A stretch of DNA of 64,000 bases from Myxococcales bacterium (GTDB lineage: Bacteria > Myxococcota > Myxococcia > Myxococcales > Anaeromyxobacteraceae). The notes beneath the pieces are model-generated. The model was not told where the DNA came from. It ran no database searches and saw nothing but the letters and a program-made list of their open reading frames with translations. Position numbers and translations under genes: made by a program. The first letter of the stretch is position 1; every line of letters begins with the position of its first letter. Below, in pieces: positions 32,506 to 40,801 of this stretch. The stretch is taken from NCBI GenBank assembly GCA_038320275.1, contig JBBQEB010000001.1:19589-83588 (forward strand), given 5' to 3'.

Positions 32506-34536
32506 TCACGCCGCCATCCCCATCGCGATCCGGCCCAGCGGCCGGACCGCAAGGGTCTCGGGGAGCTCTTGATAGGAGAGCACCGTCAGGCGCGGGAAGC
32601 GCGGCGAGACCACCTGTCGCACCGCCCGCCGGATCTCCGGAGCGGTGAGGAGCACCGCCTCGGCTTCCCCTTCTGCCTCGGCGAAGGCCCGCTCGAGATC
32701 GTCGAGGAGCGCGAGCGTCGCCCCAGGTGCCAGCACCGCCGCCCCGTCGCACAGCGCCTCGCGCAAGGCACCCTCTGCCGCGGGGTCGAGGAGGAGCGCG
32801 TGGAGGACGCCGGAGGGCGCGTGAGCATGGGCGAAGTGGCGGCGGAGCGCTCGCCTGCAACTCGAAGCCAGCCCGGCCGCGCCCCTGGCCGCGCCACCCG
32901 CCTCCAGCATCGCGTCGAGGAGGGTCCGCATGGGCCGGATGGAGACGCCCTCCTCGAGCAGCGCGCGCAGCACCTCGGCGAGGAGGGGCGCGGGGAGCTG
33001 TCGTGCGGCTTCACGGATCAGGGCCGGATGCGAGGCTTCCAGACCCTCCACCATCGCCTGCACCTCCTGGACGCCGACGAGGAGGTGCGCGTGGCGGCGG
33101 AGCGCCGCCGCGGCAGACGCGGCCACCCGCTCCCAGGGATCGCGCACGGGGGCGACCGCTGCCGCGCGCTCCGCGTCGGTGGACGAGATACGGGCCGCCA
33201 GTGCGCCGGTGAGCGGCTCCGGCTCCCTCGCGGCGAGGATGCCCAGGGCGTGCAGCTCGGCCGGCGACACCAGCGCCAGCCGCTCTCCAAGGCGGGCGAA
33301 GCCCGAAGCCGCCGGAACCTCGTCCACGAGGAGGCGCCATGCGCCGGGGGCGAGCCCGCCCCGACGCACCTGCACAGGCGGAAGGCGAACGCCCAGCTCG
33401 GTCCAGAGGTCGCTCGCCAGCGAGGGTAGGAGCTCGCGTGCGACCCGGTCGCTTCCGGCGAGGTCGTCCGCGAGCTCGAGGACTACGGGAGAGCGGGTGC
33501 TACCTTCACCCGCGTCCGGGGCCCGGTCCGCGGGGCCTTGCGCCGCCGGAGCCCGACCGGCGCCACCACGCCGGAGATGAGCGAAGCGCGCGCCCAGGCC
33601 CGCCGCAGCCGCCACGAGGAGGAAGGGCACCGCCGGCATGCCCGGCGCGAGGGCCGCGCCAGCGCAGAGGACTGCCACGGCTGCCAGCGGCCGCGGATCT
33701 CCGAAGAGCTGCCCTGCCATCTCCTCCGCCAGCGAGCCCCCCTCCTCCTCGGCCGCGACGCGGGTGACCGCGACGCCCGCAGCGAGCGACACCAGCAGGG
33801 CGGGGATCTGCGCCGCGAGCCCATCGCCGATGGCGAGGATCGCGTAGCGCCGCGCCGCCGCCTCCAGGCTCATGCCGTGGAGGAGCCCCGCAAGGAGCCC
33901 GCCCAGCACGTTCACGATCACGATGGCCACTCCGGCCAGCGCATCGCCCTTCACGAACTTGAGCGCACCGTCCATCGCCCCGTAGAGCTGCCCCTCGCGC
34001 TCGAGCGCGCGCCTGCGGCGCCTCGCCTCGGCGGGGTCGATGCTCCCGGCGCGCAGCTCGGCGTCGATGGACATCTGCTTGCCGGGGAGCGCGTCGAGGG
34101 TGAAGCGCGCGGCGACCTCCGCGACGCGCTCGGCTCCCTTCGCGACCACCAGGAGCTGGACGACGGTGAGGATCGCGAAGACGACGCCCCCCACCACCCA
34201 ATCGCCCGCGACCACCACCCGGCCGAAGGCGTCGATGACCCGGCCCGCCTCCCCGCGCGAGAGCACGAGCCGGGTGGAGCTCACCTCCAGCGCGAGCCGC
34301 AGGAGGGTGGTGAAGAGGAGGAGCGTGGGGAAGCTCGCGAAGCGGAGCGCGTCCCTCGCGAACAGCGCCACCACCAGGATGGTGGCCGAGAAGGCGAGGC
34401 TGAAGGCGAGCCCCAGATCCACCATCCACGGGGGGAGGGGGGCGAAGAGCGCGCTCACCAGGGCGAGGGCGGCGGCGGCGAGGGCGAGGTCGGAGAGCCC
34501 GCGCGGCGCGCGGAGACGGCGAAGACGTCGGATCAT
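32506..34536 (-). CDS. sctV: T3SS export gate protein SctV (FlhA/LcrD FHIPEP family)
   Basis: FPTLLLFTTLLRLAL, KGAERVAEVAARFTLDALPGKQMSIDAEL, YGAMDGALKFVKGDA, IGDGL. Confidence 0.93.
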   Translation of the reverse strand: MIRRLRRLRAPRGLSDLALAAAALALVSALFAPLPPWMVDLGLAFSLAFSATILVVALFARDALRFASFPTLLLFTTLLRLALEVSSTRLVLSRGEAGRVIDAFGRVVVAGDWVVGGVVFAILTVVQLLVVAKGAERVAEVAARFTLDALPGKQMSIDAELRAGSIDPAEARRRRRALEREGQLYGAMDGALKFVKGDALAGVAIVIVNVLGGLLAGLLHGMSLEAAARRYAILAIGDGLAAQIPALLVSLAAGVAVTRVAAEEEGGSLAEEMAGQLFGDPRPLAAVAVLCAGAALAPGMPAVPFLLVAAAAGLGARFAHLRRGGAGRAPAAQGPADRAPDAGEGSTRSPVVLELADDLAGSDRVARELLPSLASDLWTELGVRLPPVQVRRGGLAPGAWRLLVDEVPAASGFARLGERLALVSPAELHALGILAAREPEPLTGALAARISSTDAERAAAVAPVRDPWERVAASAAAALRRHAHLLVGVQEVQAMVEGLEASHPALIREAARQLPAPLLAEVLRALLEEGVSIRPMRTLLDAMLEAGGAARGAAGLASSCRRALRRHFAHAHAPSGVLHALLLDPAAEGALREALCDGAAVLAPGATLALLDDLERAFAEAEGEAEAVLLTAPEIRRAVRQVVSPRFPRLTVLSYQELPETLAVRPLGRIAMGMAA

Positions 34537-35573
34537 GGCAGGTCTCCCAGGCTGGTCCCGTGCACGTGCACCAGGACCGCGGCGGCGGCTTCGTACAGCT
34601 CCTCGGGGATGGATTCCCCGACGTCGGCGAGGCGGTGGAGCGCGCGGGCGAGCGCGATGTCGCGCACGATGGGGATTCCCGCCCGCCGAGCCTCGGCGCG
34701 CAGGCGCGCCGCCTCCGCCCCGAGCCCCTTCGCGAGCACCGTGGGCGCTTCGGCGCTCGCCCGGTCGTGATGGAGCGCGACCGCGACATGGGTGGGGTTC
34801 ACGACGAGGCAAGTGGCCGCGCTCACGGGGGAGGCGCTCGAGAGCGACCTGTGCAGCCGGCGCCGCTCGCCGCGGAGCGAGGGATCGCCGTCCTCCTCGC
34901 GCCGATCCCGCGCCACCTCCTCGCGCGTCATGAGGAGCGCGCGCCGGTGCCGGCGGGCGGAGAGGGCCAGGTCGAGCGCGCCGAGAGCGAGGAGCAGCGC
35001 AGCGAGCTCGAGGGCGAGCTCGAAGGCCGTCCGGGCGCCGAGGGTCAGCGCCGCGCCCGGCGCGAGCCTGGGCGAGGCCATCAGGGCAGGCGCGGCGCCG
35101 CGGAGGTGCTGCCAGCCGAGCCCGAGCGCCCCGGCGGTCTGGAGCGCACCGAGGGCCGCGCGCGCGGCGCCCTCGCCCGAGACGATCCGTCGCAGTCCTG
35201 GGCCGAGGGCGAGTCGAGCCGTTCGAAAGTGGATCGCCTCGGGCGCGAAGAGCCCCCGCGCCTGGAGCGCGCCGGCGAGCAGGGCCGCTCCCGCCGCGGC
35301 CGCGCAGGGTGGGAGGGAGAGGCGCGCGAGGAGGGAGAGCGCTCCCAGGATCGCTCGCCAGGGCTCGACGAGCTCGACGGCCGAGCCGGCCAGGGCGCGC
35401 CGCAGCTCGCGGGCGAGGACCGCGGTGGAGGACCGCCCGGTGGCGGCGAGCGCGGCCAGTCCGGCCGCGAGCGCGACCGCGCCGGTGAGGAGGCGCGAGG
35501 TGGCGATCTCGCCCCGGCGGCGGGCCTCCCGCAGGCGGCGCGGGGAGGGCGGCTCGGTACGCCGCCCGCTCAC
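34533..35573 (-). CDS. sctU: T3SS export switch protein SctU (FlhB family)
   Basis: TEPPSPRRLREARRRGE, MTREEV, EDGDP, autocleavage motif NPTH, LAKG, ALARAL. Confidence 0.9.
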   Translation of the reverse strand: MSGRRTEPPSPRRLREARRRGEIATSRLLTGAVALAAGLAALAATGRSSTAVLARELRRALAGSAVELVEPWRAILGALSLLARLSLPPCAAAAGAALLAGALQARGLFAPEAIHFRTARLALGPGLRRIVSGEGAARAALGALQTAGALGLGWQHLRGAAPALMASPRLAPGAALTLGARTAFELALELAALLLALGALDLALSARRHRRALLMTREEVARDRREEDGDPSLRGERRRLHRSLSSASPVSAATCLVVNPTHVAVALHHDRASAEAPTVLAKGLGAEAARLRAEARRAGIPIVRDIALARALHRLADVGESIPEELYEAAAAVLVHVHGTSLGDLP

Positions 35574-36343
35574 GGCTGCCCCCCGGAGAGGCTGCCGAGG
35601 AGGCGGGCCGACAGGGCGACCCCGCTCACCATGCGGCCGGCGAGGGCGGCCGCCGGCAGCGCCAGCGCCAGGAGCCCGGCCGCAGCGCGCGCGGGCTGAG
35701 CTGCGCTGGAAGCTTGAAGCTGTGGGGCGAGGCGCGCCGCGAGGGCGAGGGCGAGGTCGGCCGCGAGCACGCCGGCGGCTGCGGGGGCGCCCAGGGCGAG
35801 CGCCAGGGAGAGGAGCTCGCCCGCGCTCGCCCCGGTCATGGCGAGGAGCCCGACCGAATGCGCAGCCGTCCCGGCGGGCACGGCGCGGAACGTCTCGAGG
35901 AGCGCGTGGACCACCAACCGGTCGCCTCCCGCCGTCGCGGCCAGCACCACCAGCGCCTGCGCCAGGAGATCTCCGCTCGCCGACTCGCGCTGGCGGAGCG
36001 CCGCGACGTGCAGCTCGGCGAGCGTCGCGCCGCGCAAGGTGTCGATGAGACGGCCGCCCGCCCGTGCGGCCTCGAACGGCATGGACGCCACCAGCGCGAG
36101 CGCGGTGCCGAGCCCGAGCTCCCGGGCTCCCCCGGCGAGGACGGCGAGCCCGTCCGCGGTGAACGGCAGGCAGCCCCCCGCAGCCCAGGCCGAGGCGCCC
36201 AGCCCGAAGGCGAGCGCCAGGCGCACGATTCCCGGGACGAGCGGCCCGCCGAGAAAAGGGCAGAGCAGCGCCACCGGCAGGAGGCGAAGACCATGCAGCC
36301 CGGCAGCCAGGATCGACGGCGCCAGATCGGAGACGGGGCTCAC
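35570..36343 (-). CDS. sctT: T3SS export apparatus protein SctT (FliR family)
   Basis: Hydrophobic; ELGLG, AGGRLIDTLRG, DLALALAARLAPQL; order R-S-T-U-V. Confidence 0.85.
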   Translation of the reverse strand: MSPVSDLAPSILAAGLHGLRLLPVALLCPFLGGPLVPGIVRLALAFGLGASAWAAGGCLPFTADGLAVLAGGARELGLGTALALVASMPFEAARAGGRLIDTLRGATLAELHVAALRQRESASGDLLAQALVVLAATAGGDRLVVHALLETFRAVPAGTAAHSVGLLAMTGASAGELLSLALALGAPAAAGVLAADLALALAARLAPQLQASSAAQPARAAAGLLALALPAAALAGRMVSGVALSARLLGSLSGGQP

Positions 36344-36606
36344 GGCGCGATCCGGGGGAGCAGCTCGAGGCAAGTGGCCGCGAAGCGGAGCACGCGTGCG
36401 CCGATCCAGGGGCCGGACACGCCAAGCGCGACGAGCACCGCCGCGAGACGGGGGACGACCGCGAGGCTGTTGTCCTGAACCTGCGTGGCGGCCTGAAGCA
36501 CGCCCGTCACCAGGCCGACCGCGAGTGCCGCGAGCAGCGGCGGCGCCGAGACCACGAGGACGAGGAGCACCGCTTCGCGAGCGAGCCCGAGGAAGGTGGC
36601 GTCCAT
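36340..36606 (-). CDS. sctS: T3SS export apparatus protein SctS (FliQ family)
   Basis: VGLVTGVLQAATQVQD..L..VPRL, GPW. Confidence 0.92.
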   Translation of the reverse strand: MDATFLGLAREAVLLVLVVSAPPLLAALAVGLVTGVLQAATQVQDNSLAVVPRLAAVLVALGVSGPWIGARVLRFAATCLELLPRIAP

Positions 36607-36612
36607 GGCGGG

Positions 36613-37287
36613 TCAGCCCTGGTAGCCGAGGACGAGGGCGCGGGCGAGGAGCTTCCAGCCGTCCACGGCCACGAAGAGGAGGAGCTTGAAAGGCAGGGCG
36701 ACGCTGGTGGGCGAGAGCTGCGTCAGCCCGAGCGCGAGCAGCACGTTCGCGACGAAGAGATCCACCACCAGGAAGGGCAGGAAGATGAGGAAGCCCATGG
36801 TGAAGGCGCGCCGCAGCTCGGAGACCACGAAGGCGGGCGCGAGCACCGCGAAGTCGGCGTCGCTCACCGAGGCTCGCCCCGCCGGAGGCCGGCCGCGTCG
36901 CGCCAGCTCCGCGAAGGTGGCGCGGTCGTCGGGCCTCGCGAACCGGGCGAGGAAGGCGCGCAAGGGCTCCGCGGCCTCGCCCGCGGCCTGCAGCGTGCGC
37001 TCCACCCCGCCAGGCCCCACCGCCCGGGCCCTGGCGTACGACTCCTCCGCCACTGGGCTCATCGCGAGAAAGGTGAGCACCAGGGCGAGGCCGGTGATGG
37101 CAGACGAGGGGGGGATCTGCGGCGCCCCCAGCGCGGAGCGCGTCACCGAGAGCACCACCGCCATCTTGAGGAAGGAGGTGACCATCACGAGAGCGATGGG
37201 CGCCAGGGCCAGGGCGCCCAGCAGCAGCAGGAGGTCGGCGGGTCGTTCGGCCATCCCGGCCGATGGAAGAGTGGCGAGGGCGATCAC
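36613..37287 (-). CDS. sctR: T3SS export apparatus protein SctR (FliP family)
   Basis: TSFLKMAVVL..RSALGAPQIPP, PAFVVSEL, FLPFLVVDL, LPFKLLLFVAVDGW. Confidence 0.95.
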   Translation of the reverse strand: MIALATLPSAGMAERPADLLLLLGALALAPIALVMVTSFLKMAVVLSVTRSALGAPQIPPSSAITGLALVLTFLAMSPVAEESYARARAVGPGGVERTLQAAGEAAEPLRAFLARFARPDDRATFAELARRGRPPAGRASVSDADFAVLAPAFVVSELRRAFTMGFLIFLPFLVVDLFVANVLLALGLTQLSPTSVALPFKLLLFVAVDGWKLLARALVLGYQG

Positions 37288-37619
37288 GGGAGGTCACCAG
37301 GGGACGCGCGGTGGAGGAGGGTCACGCCGGAAGCGCCGTAGCCCACCAGCAGTCGGTCGCCTCCGAGGGACAGCACGGCGACGCCGGTGTCACGGCCGAG
37401 GGCGTGCCGCTCGAGCACGGTGATCCGCGGGGCGGCGGCGGCGGAGGACCGGCGGCGTGCCAGGACGAGCCCGCCGGCCAGCAGCGCGACGAGACCGAGT
37501 CCCCGGAGCGCCATCGCCGAGCCCGAGCCGCCGGCCAGCGCAGCGAGCGCGGCGAGGCCGAGGGCGCCGAGGAGCAGCGCCCGATCGCGGGCGCGGGCGG
37601 GGAGAGCACGGAGGGTCAT
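37284..37619 (-). CDS. FliO-like small membrane protein
   Basis: N-terminal hydrophobic segments then ITVLERHALG..VAVLSLGGDRLLVG..GVTLL, the FliO cytoplasmic pattern; lies between FliN-like and FliP-like genes. Confidence 0.65.
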   Translation of the reverse strand: MTLRALPARARDRALLLGALGLAALAALAGGSGSAMALRGLGLVALLAGGLVLARRRSSAAAAPRITVLERHALGRDTGVAVLSLGGDRLLVGYGASGVTLLHRASPGDLP

Positions 37620-38605
37620 GGCAGTGCGCCCACCTCGGCGATGCGCACGCCGAGGGTGCCACCGAGGTCGACGAGCTGTCCGCGCGCCACGGCGCGCTCG
37701 CCGGCGCGAAGCACGACGGTGCCATCGGCGCGCACGTCGAGCGGGAGCGCGGCGCCCGGCTCGAGGCGCGCCAGCTCGCCCAGCGTGACGTTCACGCGCG
37801 CGATCTCGACGGCGAGGGTGATGGGATAGCTGGCCTGAGTCTCGGTCATGCGGATCTCCTCGACGTGAAGGAAGTGAGACTCTCGGCGGCCTCGCACCTC
37901 GAGACCCCCGGGCAGCACGAGCGCGGCCGGAGGCGCGGGGTGGTCGAGCACGAGCACGTCGCCGGGCGCGAGGGGCGCGAGCTCCTCCAGCGCGAGCGAG
38001 CACGCGCCGTCCCGCAGCGAGCACCCCACCTGCGCAAAAGCGGCGGCCTCCGGCAGCTCCGGCGCTCCCGCCGCGAGGTGGGCGATGGCAGCGGGATCGA
38101 TGAGGAGGCGGGCGGTCCCGCGGTCCGGGCCGAGCTGGAGCTGCAGATCGATGGCGAGCGCGCCGCCCGTGAGGAGCTGCGAGGGGGGCTCGGAGGCCAG
38201 CCGGGGAACGAGCGCGCCCGCCGGGGTGGACGTCACTGCATCGATGGCCACCAGCGCGAGCAGCTCGAGGACGCTCGACTCGGCCTCGGTCGCGGCGAGC
38301 ACGGCCGGCAGGGCGCCGGACGCGCCCGCCAGACGCCGCAGGGCGCGGGCGACGAGCGCCGCGTCCACCTCGAGCCACGCGCCGGCCCCGACCGCTTCGA
38401 GGCAGAAGCCCACGCGGGCGAGCCCGGGTCCGCCGCGACGCGCGGGCGGGGCGAGGGGGGTCGCCGTGATCTGCACCGGGACCCCCAGCAGCGCCCCGAC
38501 GGCACCGGCCGCAGCGTCCAGGGCGGCGCGCCCTGCGGACCGGGCGGGGGGCGCCAGCAGCGCGAACCCGCGGGACACGCTGGGGAGGATGAAGGGGAGC
38601 GGCAT
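37616..38605 (-). CDS. sctQ: T3SS sorting platform protein SctQ (FliM/FliN SpoA domains)
   Basis: ELAPLAPGDVLVLD and C-terminal SpoA domain VTLGELARLEPG..ARGQLVDLGGTLGVRI. Confidence 0.88.
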   Translation of the reverse strand: MPLPFILPSVSRGFALLAPPARSAGRAALDAAAGAVGALLGVPVQITATPLAPPARRGGPGLARVGFCLEAVGAGAWLEVDAALVARALRRLAGASGALPAVLAATEAESSVLELLALVAIDAVTSTPAGALVPRLASEPPSQLLTGGALAIDLQLQLGPDRGTARLLIDPAAIAHLAAGAPELPEAAAFAQVGCSLRDGACSLALEELAPLAPGDVLVLDHPAPPAALVLPGGLEVRGRRESHFLHVEEIRMTETQASYPITLAVEIARVNVTLGELARLEPGAALPLDVRADGTVVLRAGERAVARGQLVDLGGTLGVRIAEVGALP

Positions 38606-38723
38606 GCACGACCCTTGTCCACGGCGCGTGCCAGCCCGGACAGGCCCGCGGGAGCGCTCGCGAGGGCCGCTGCCCGGGCGCGGCGCGCCCCGCCCGTCCG
38701 TCCGGCGGCCGAGCTCCGCGAGG

Positions 38724-39017
38724 TCAGCGAGAAGAGCCCCCTCGGCAGGAGAGTGCGTCCCCGCCCACGCGGAGGTCGCGCGCGAGGCGGGCGAGGAGCG
38801 GCGGGAGGAGGAGCTCGCATCCCGGAGGCGGGCGGCCGCTCACGAGGCAGGCGGACAGAGCTTGCAGGCGCTCCCCCCGCGAAAGCGCACCCAGGCGCGC
38901 CGCCTCCAGGGATGCAGCCGCCCCGTGCGGCCCGGCGATGTGCGCGAGGAGCCGGCCGGCGCGTGCGGGGGCGAGCGCCGCCGCCACCGCCGCCAGCCGC
39001 CCCAGCCGCGGCGTCAC
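38724..39017 (-). CDS. Hypothetical protein in T3SS-like cluster (in the position of SctK)
   Basis: GTG start overlaps sctJ stop; Ala/Leu/Arg-rich helical ORF; assignment by position only. Confidence 0.45.
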   Translation of the reverse strand: MTPRLGRLAAVAAALAPARAGRLLAHIAGPHGAAASLEAARLGALSRGERLQALSACLVSGRPPPGCELLLPPLLARLARDLRVGGDALSCRGGSSR

Positions 39018-39862
39018 GGCGCGTCACCCGGTGGCGGAGCCGCTCCGCCGGTGGTCGCCGCCCGCCGCGCGAGCTCCAGGAGCTTTCGCCACAGGGGCGC
39101 GGAGCCCCTGCCGCCCGAGAGCAGCGCGAAACCCCCGAGCGCCGCCAGCAGCGCACCGGCGAGGAGCGTCCGGCGAGGCGTTCTCGCCGGCGGCGCGGCC
39201 GGGCGGGAGCGGGCGCCCTCCGCGACAAGCACTGACACGGCGGCTGCGTCGAGACCGGGGACCGCCCCGGCCACGAGCGAACGCACCCCCGCCGCCATGG
39301 GCTCCACCTCGCCCCGGGCGCCGGCCCTCACCTTGAGCAGGACCGCGGCGCGAGGGGGTGGTGCGGACTCGGGGCGGAGGGGATCGGGAGGGGGAAGCGC
39401 CAGGTGGACCCGGGCTTCCACCACTCCCTCGATGGACTGGAGGGTGCGGGCCAGCTCTCCGGAGAGGGCGTGGAGGTACAGGGCGCGCTCCTCGGAGGCG
39501 GTGGGTACCACGCTCGTCTTGCCGAAGACCTCCGCGAAGCCGGGTGGCCGCGGGCGTGCGAGCTCGCCCTCGGTCACGATGCCGCGGGCGCGAGGCGCGT
39601 CGGAGGCCGGGACTTCCACCCGCCAGCCCCCTTCGGATCCCTCCTCGCGCCGCTTCTCGGCCGCGATCCCGTCGCGATCCAGCGCGACCACCACGCGGTT
39701 CGCCTGCCTCTCGTCGAGGCCGTGGAGGAGCTCCTCCCGGCCGCAGCCTGCGAAGGCGACCAGACCGAGGAGGAGGAGGGCGGGGGCTCGGGTCGGGGTC
39801 GCGGTCGGGATCAGGGTCGCGGTCGCCCGTCGGCGAGGTCGTTCGTTCACGGTGCGCTCCAC
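39014..39862 (-). CDS. sctJ: T3SS inner membrane ring lipoprotein SctJ (YscJ/PrgK family)
   Basis: Lipobox AFAGC, ELLHGLDERQANRVVVAL, ELARTLQSIEGVVEARVHLALP, LVAGAVPGL, C-terminal TM. Confidence 0.88.
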   Translation of the reverse strand: MERTVNERPRRRATATLIPTATPTRAPALLLLGLVAFAGCGREELLHGLDERQANRVVVALDRDGIAAEKRREEGSEGGWRVEVPASDAPRARGIVTEGELARPRPPGFAEVFGKTSVVPTASEERALYLHALSGELARTLQSIEGVVEARVHLALPPPDPLRPESAPPPRAAVLLKVRAGARGEVEPMAAGVRSLVAGAVPGLDAAAVSVLVAEGARSRPAAPPARTPRRTLLAGALLAALGGFALLSGGRGSAPLWRKLLELARRAATTGGAAPPPGDAP

Positions 39863-39863
39863 T

Positions 39864-40217
39864 TCAAACCTGCGTGTTCACGGCCTGCTTGATGGTGGAG
39901 ACGCCTGCCTCGACCACCTTGGACGCCAGGTCCACCGTCTGTGAATAGCGGTAGGCGTCCGCTTGCAGCGCGAGGAGCTCCTGGGGGCGAAAAGTCTGGC
40001 CGCTGCGGGCGGCGGCGATGGCGCCGTCGAGCCGGGCGCGCGCGCCCTCGATGGCGGCGAGCGCGATGCGGGCGGGGCTCTGCGCAGGCAAGGCCGCGGC
40101 GCAGGGCGGCGGATGTGCGGCGCTGGCGCGGAGAGCGGCGCCGAACGAGGGGCGGGGCGCGATGGGTGGAGCGGTGGCGCGCGCGACCGCCACGCCGCCG
40201 AGTGCGGGGAGGGCCAT
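39864..40217 (-). CDS. Putative T3SS inner-rod-like protein (SctI/HrpB2-like)
   Basis: C-terminal PQELLALQ..Y....DLASKVVE.GVSTIKQAVNTQV; directly upstream of sctJ. Confidence 0.55.
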   Translation of the reverse strand: MALPALGGVAVARATAPPIAPRPSFGAALRASAAHPPPCAAALPAQSPARIALAAIEGARARLDGAIAAARSGQTFRPQELLALQADAYRYSQTVDLASKVVEAGVSTIKQAVNTQV

Positions 40218-40222
40218 GGCGG

Positions 40223-40636
40223 TCAGTGGATGTTGTTGATGGCGGCCTTGGCGCTATCGTGCCGGACCTTCATCACGTTCGTCACCGCCGTGAATTCGCG
40301 GCTCTCGCGCTGCATGCCTTCCTGGAGCTGCAGGTACTGGAGGTTGAAGGTCTGGGCCTCCTGCTGCAGCGCGCGGGTGGCGTCGAGCACGTCCCCTCCA
40401 CCGCCGCCCGGGAGCGGGGCTCCCGCGATCCCCAGCCCGTTGCCGGGCGCAGCCGCGGCCCGCAGGGCCCCCGCCAGCACGGCGCCGCCGGGCACGAACG
40501 GAGCGGCGAGCGACACCGAGCTCGCGACGGTGGAGGCGACCGAGGAGGCCGCGCTGCGGAGCGCGGTGCTGAAGCGGCCGGGCTCGGCCTTGCGTTCGGT
40601 GGAGGGTGCGACGACGAGCGATCCGATGCGTTCCAT
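40223..40636 (-). CDS. Putative T3SS needle/filament-like subunit (SctF-like C-terminal helix)
   Basis: YLQLQEGMQRESREFTAVTNVMKVRHDSAKAAINNIH; first gene after the sigma-54 promoter, AAAGGA RBS. Confidence 0.5.
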   Translation of the reverse strand: MERIGSLVVAPSTERKAEPGRFSTALRSAASSVASTVASSVSLAAPFVPGGAVLAGALRAAAAPGNGLGIAGAPLPGGGGGDVLDATRALQQEAQTFNLQYLQLQEGMQRESREFTAVTNVMKVRHDSAKAAINNIH

Positions 40637-40664
40637 GGAGGGTCCTTTCCCTCCTCGCCGCCGG

Positions 40665-40680
40665 AGCAACGCGCGTGCCG
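40665..40680 (-). promoter_or_regulatory. Sigma-54 (-24/-12) promoter of T3SS-like cluster
   Basis: Minus strand CGGCACG-CGCG-TTGCT, 28 bp upstream of ATG 40636. Confidence 0.75.
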
Positions 40681-40801
40681 CCGGCCCCGAGCGCGCCGCT
40701 TCCGGAGCCCACGCTCTTTCCACCGCTTCGAAGGGAGCGCTCGACGGCCGTCCCGCCGACCCTGCGTCCGCCGCGCGTGCTGTCGCGGCCCGCTCCGCCG
40801 G

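Noticed and set aside
38618..38633. Second sigma-54-like box TGGCACGCGCCGTGGA upstream of sctQ
   Set aside because: Lacks the invariant -12 GC, and the implied start would be only 2 nt before the ATG
32506..39862. Annotating the export cluster as flagellar flhA/flhB/fliPQR/fliF
   Set aside because: The ring protein is a short SctJ-type lipoprotein, SctR lacks the FliP N-terminal extension, and no rod, hook, motor or flagellin genes are present
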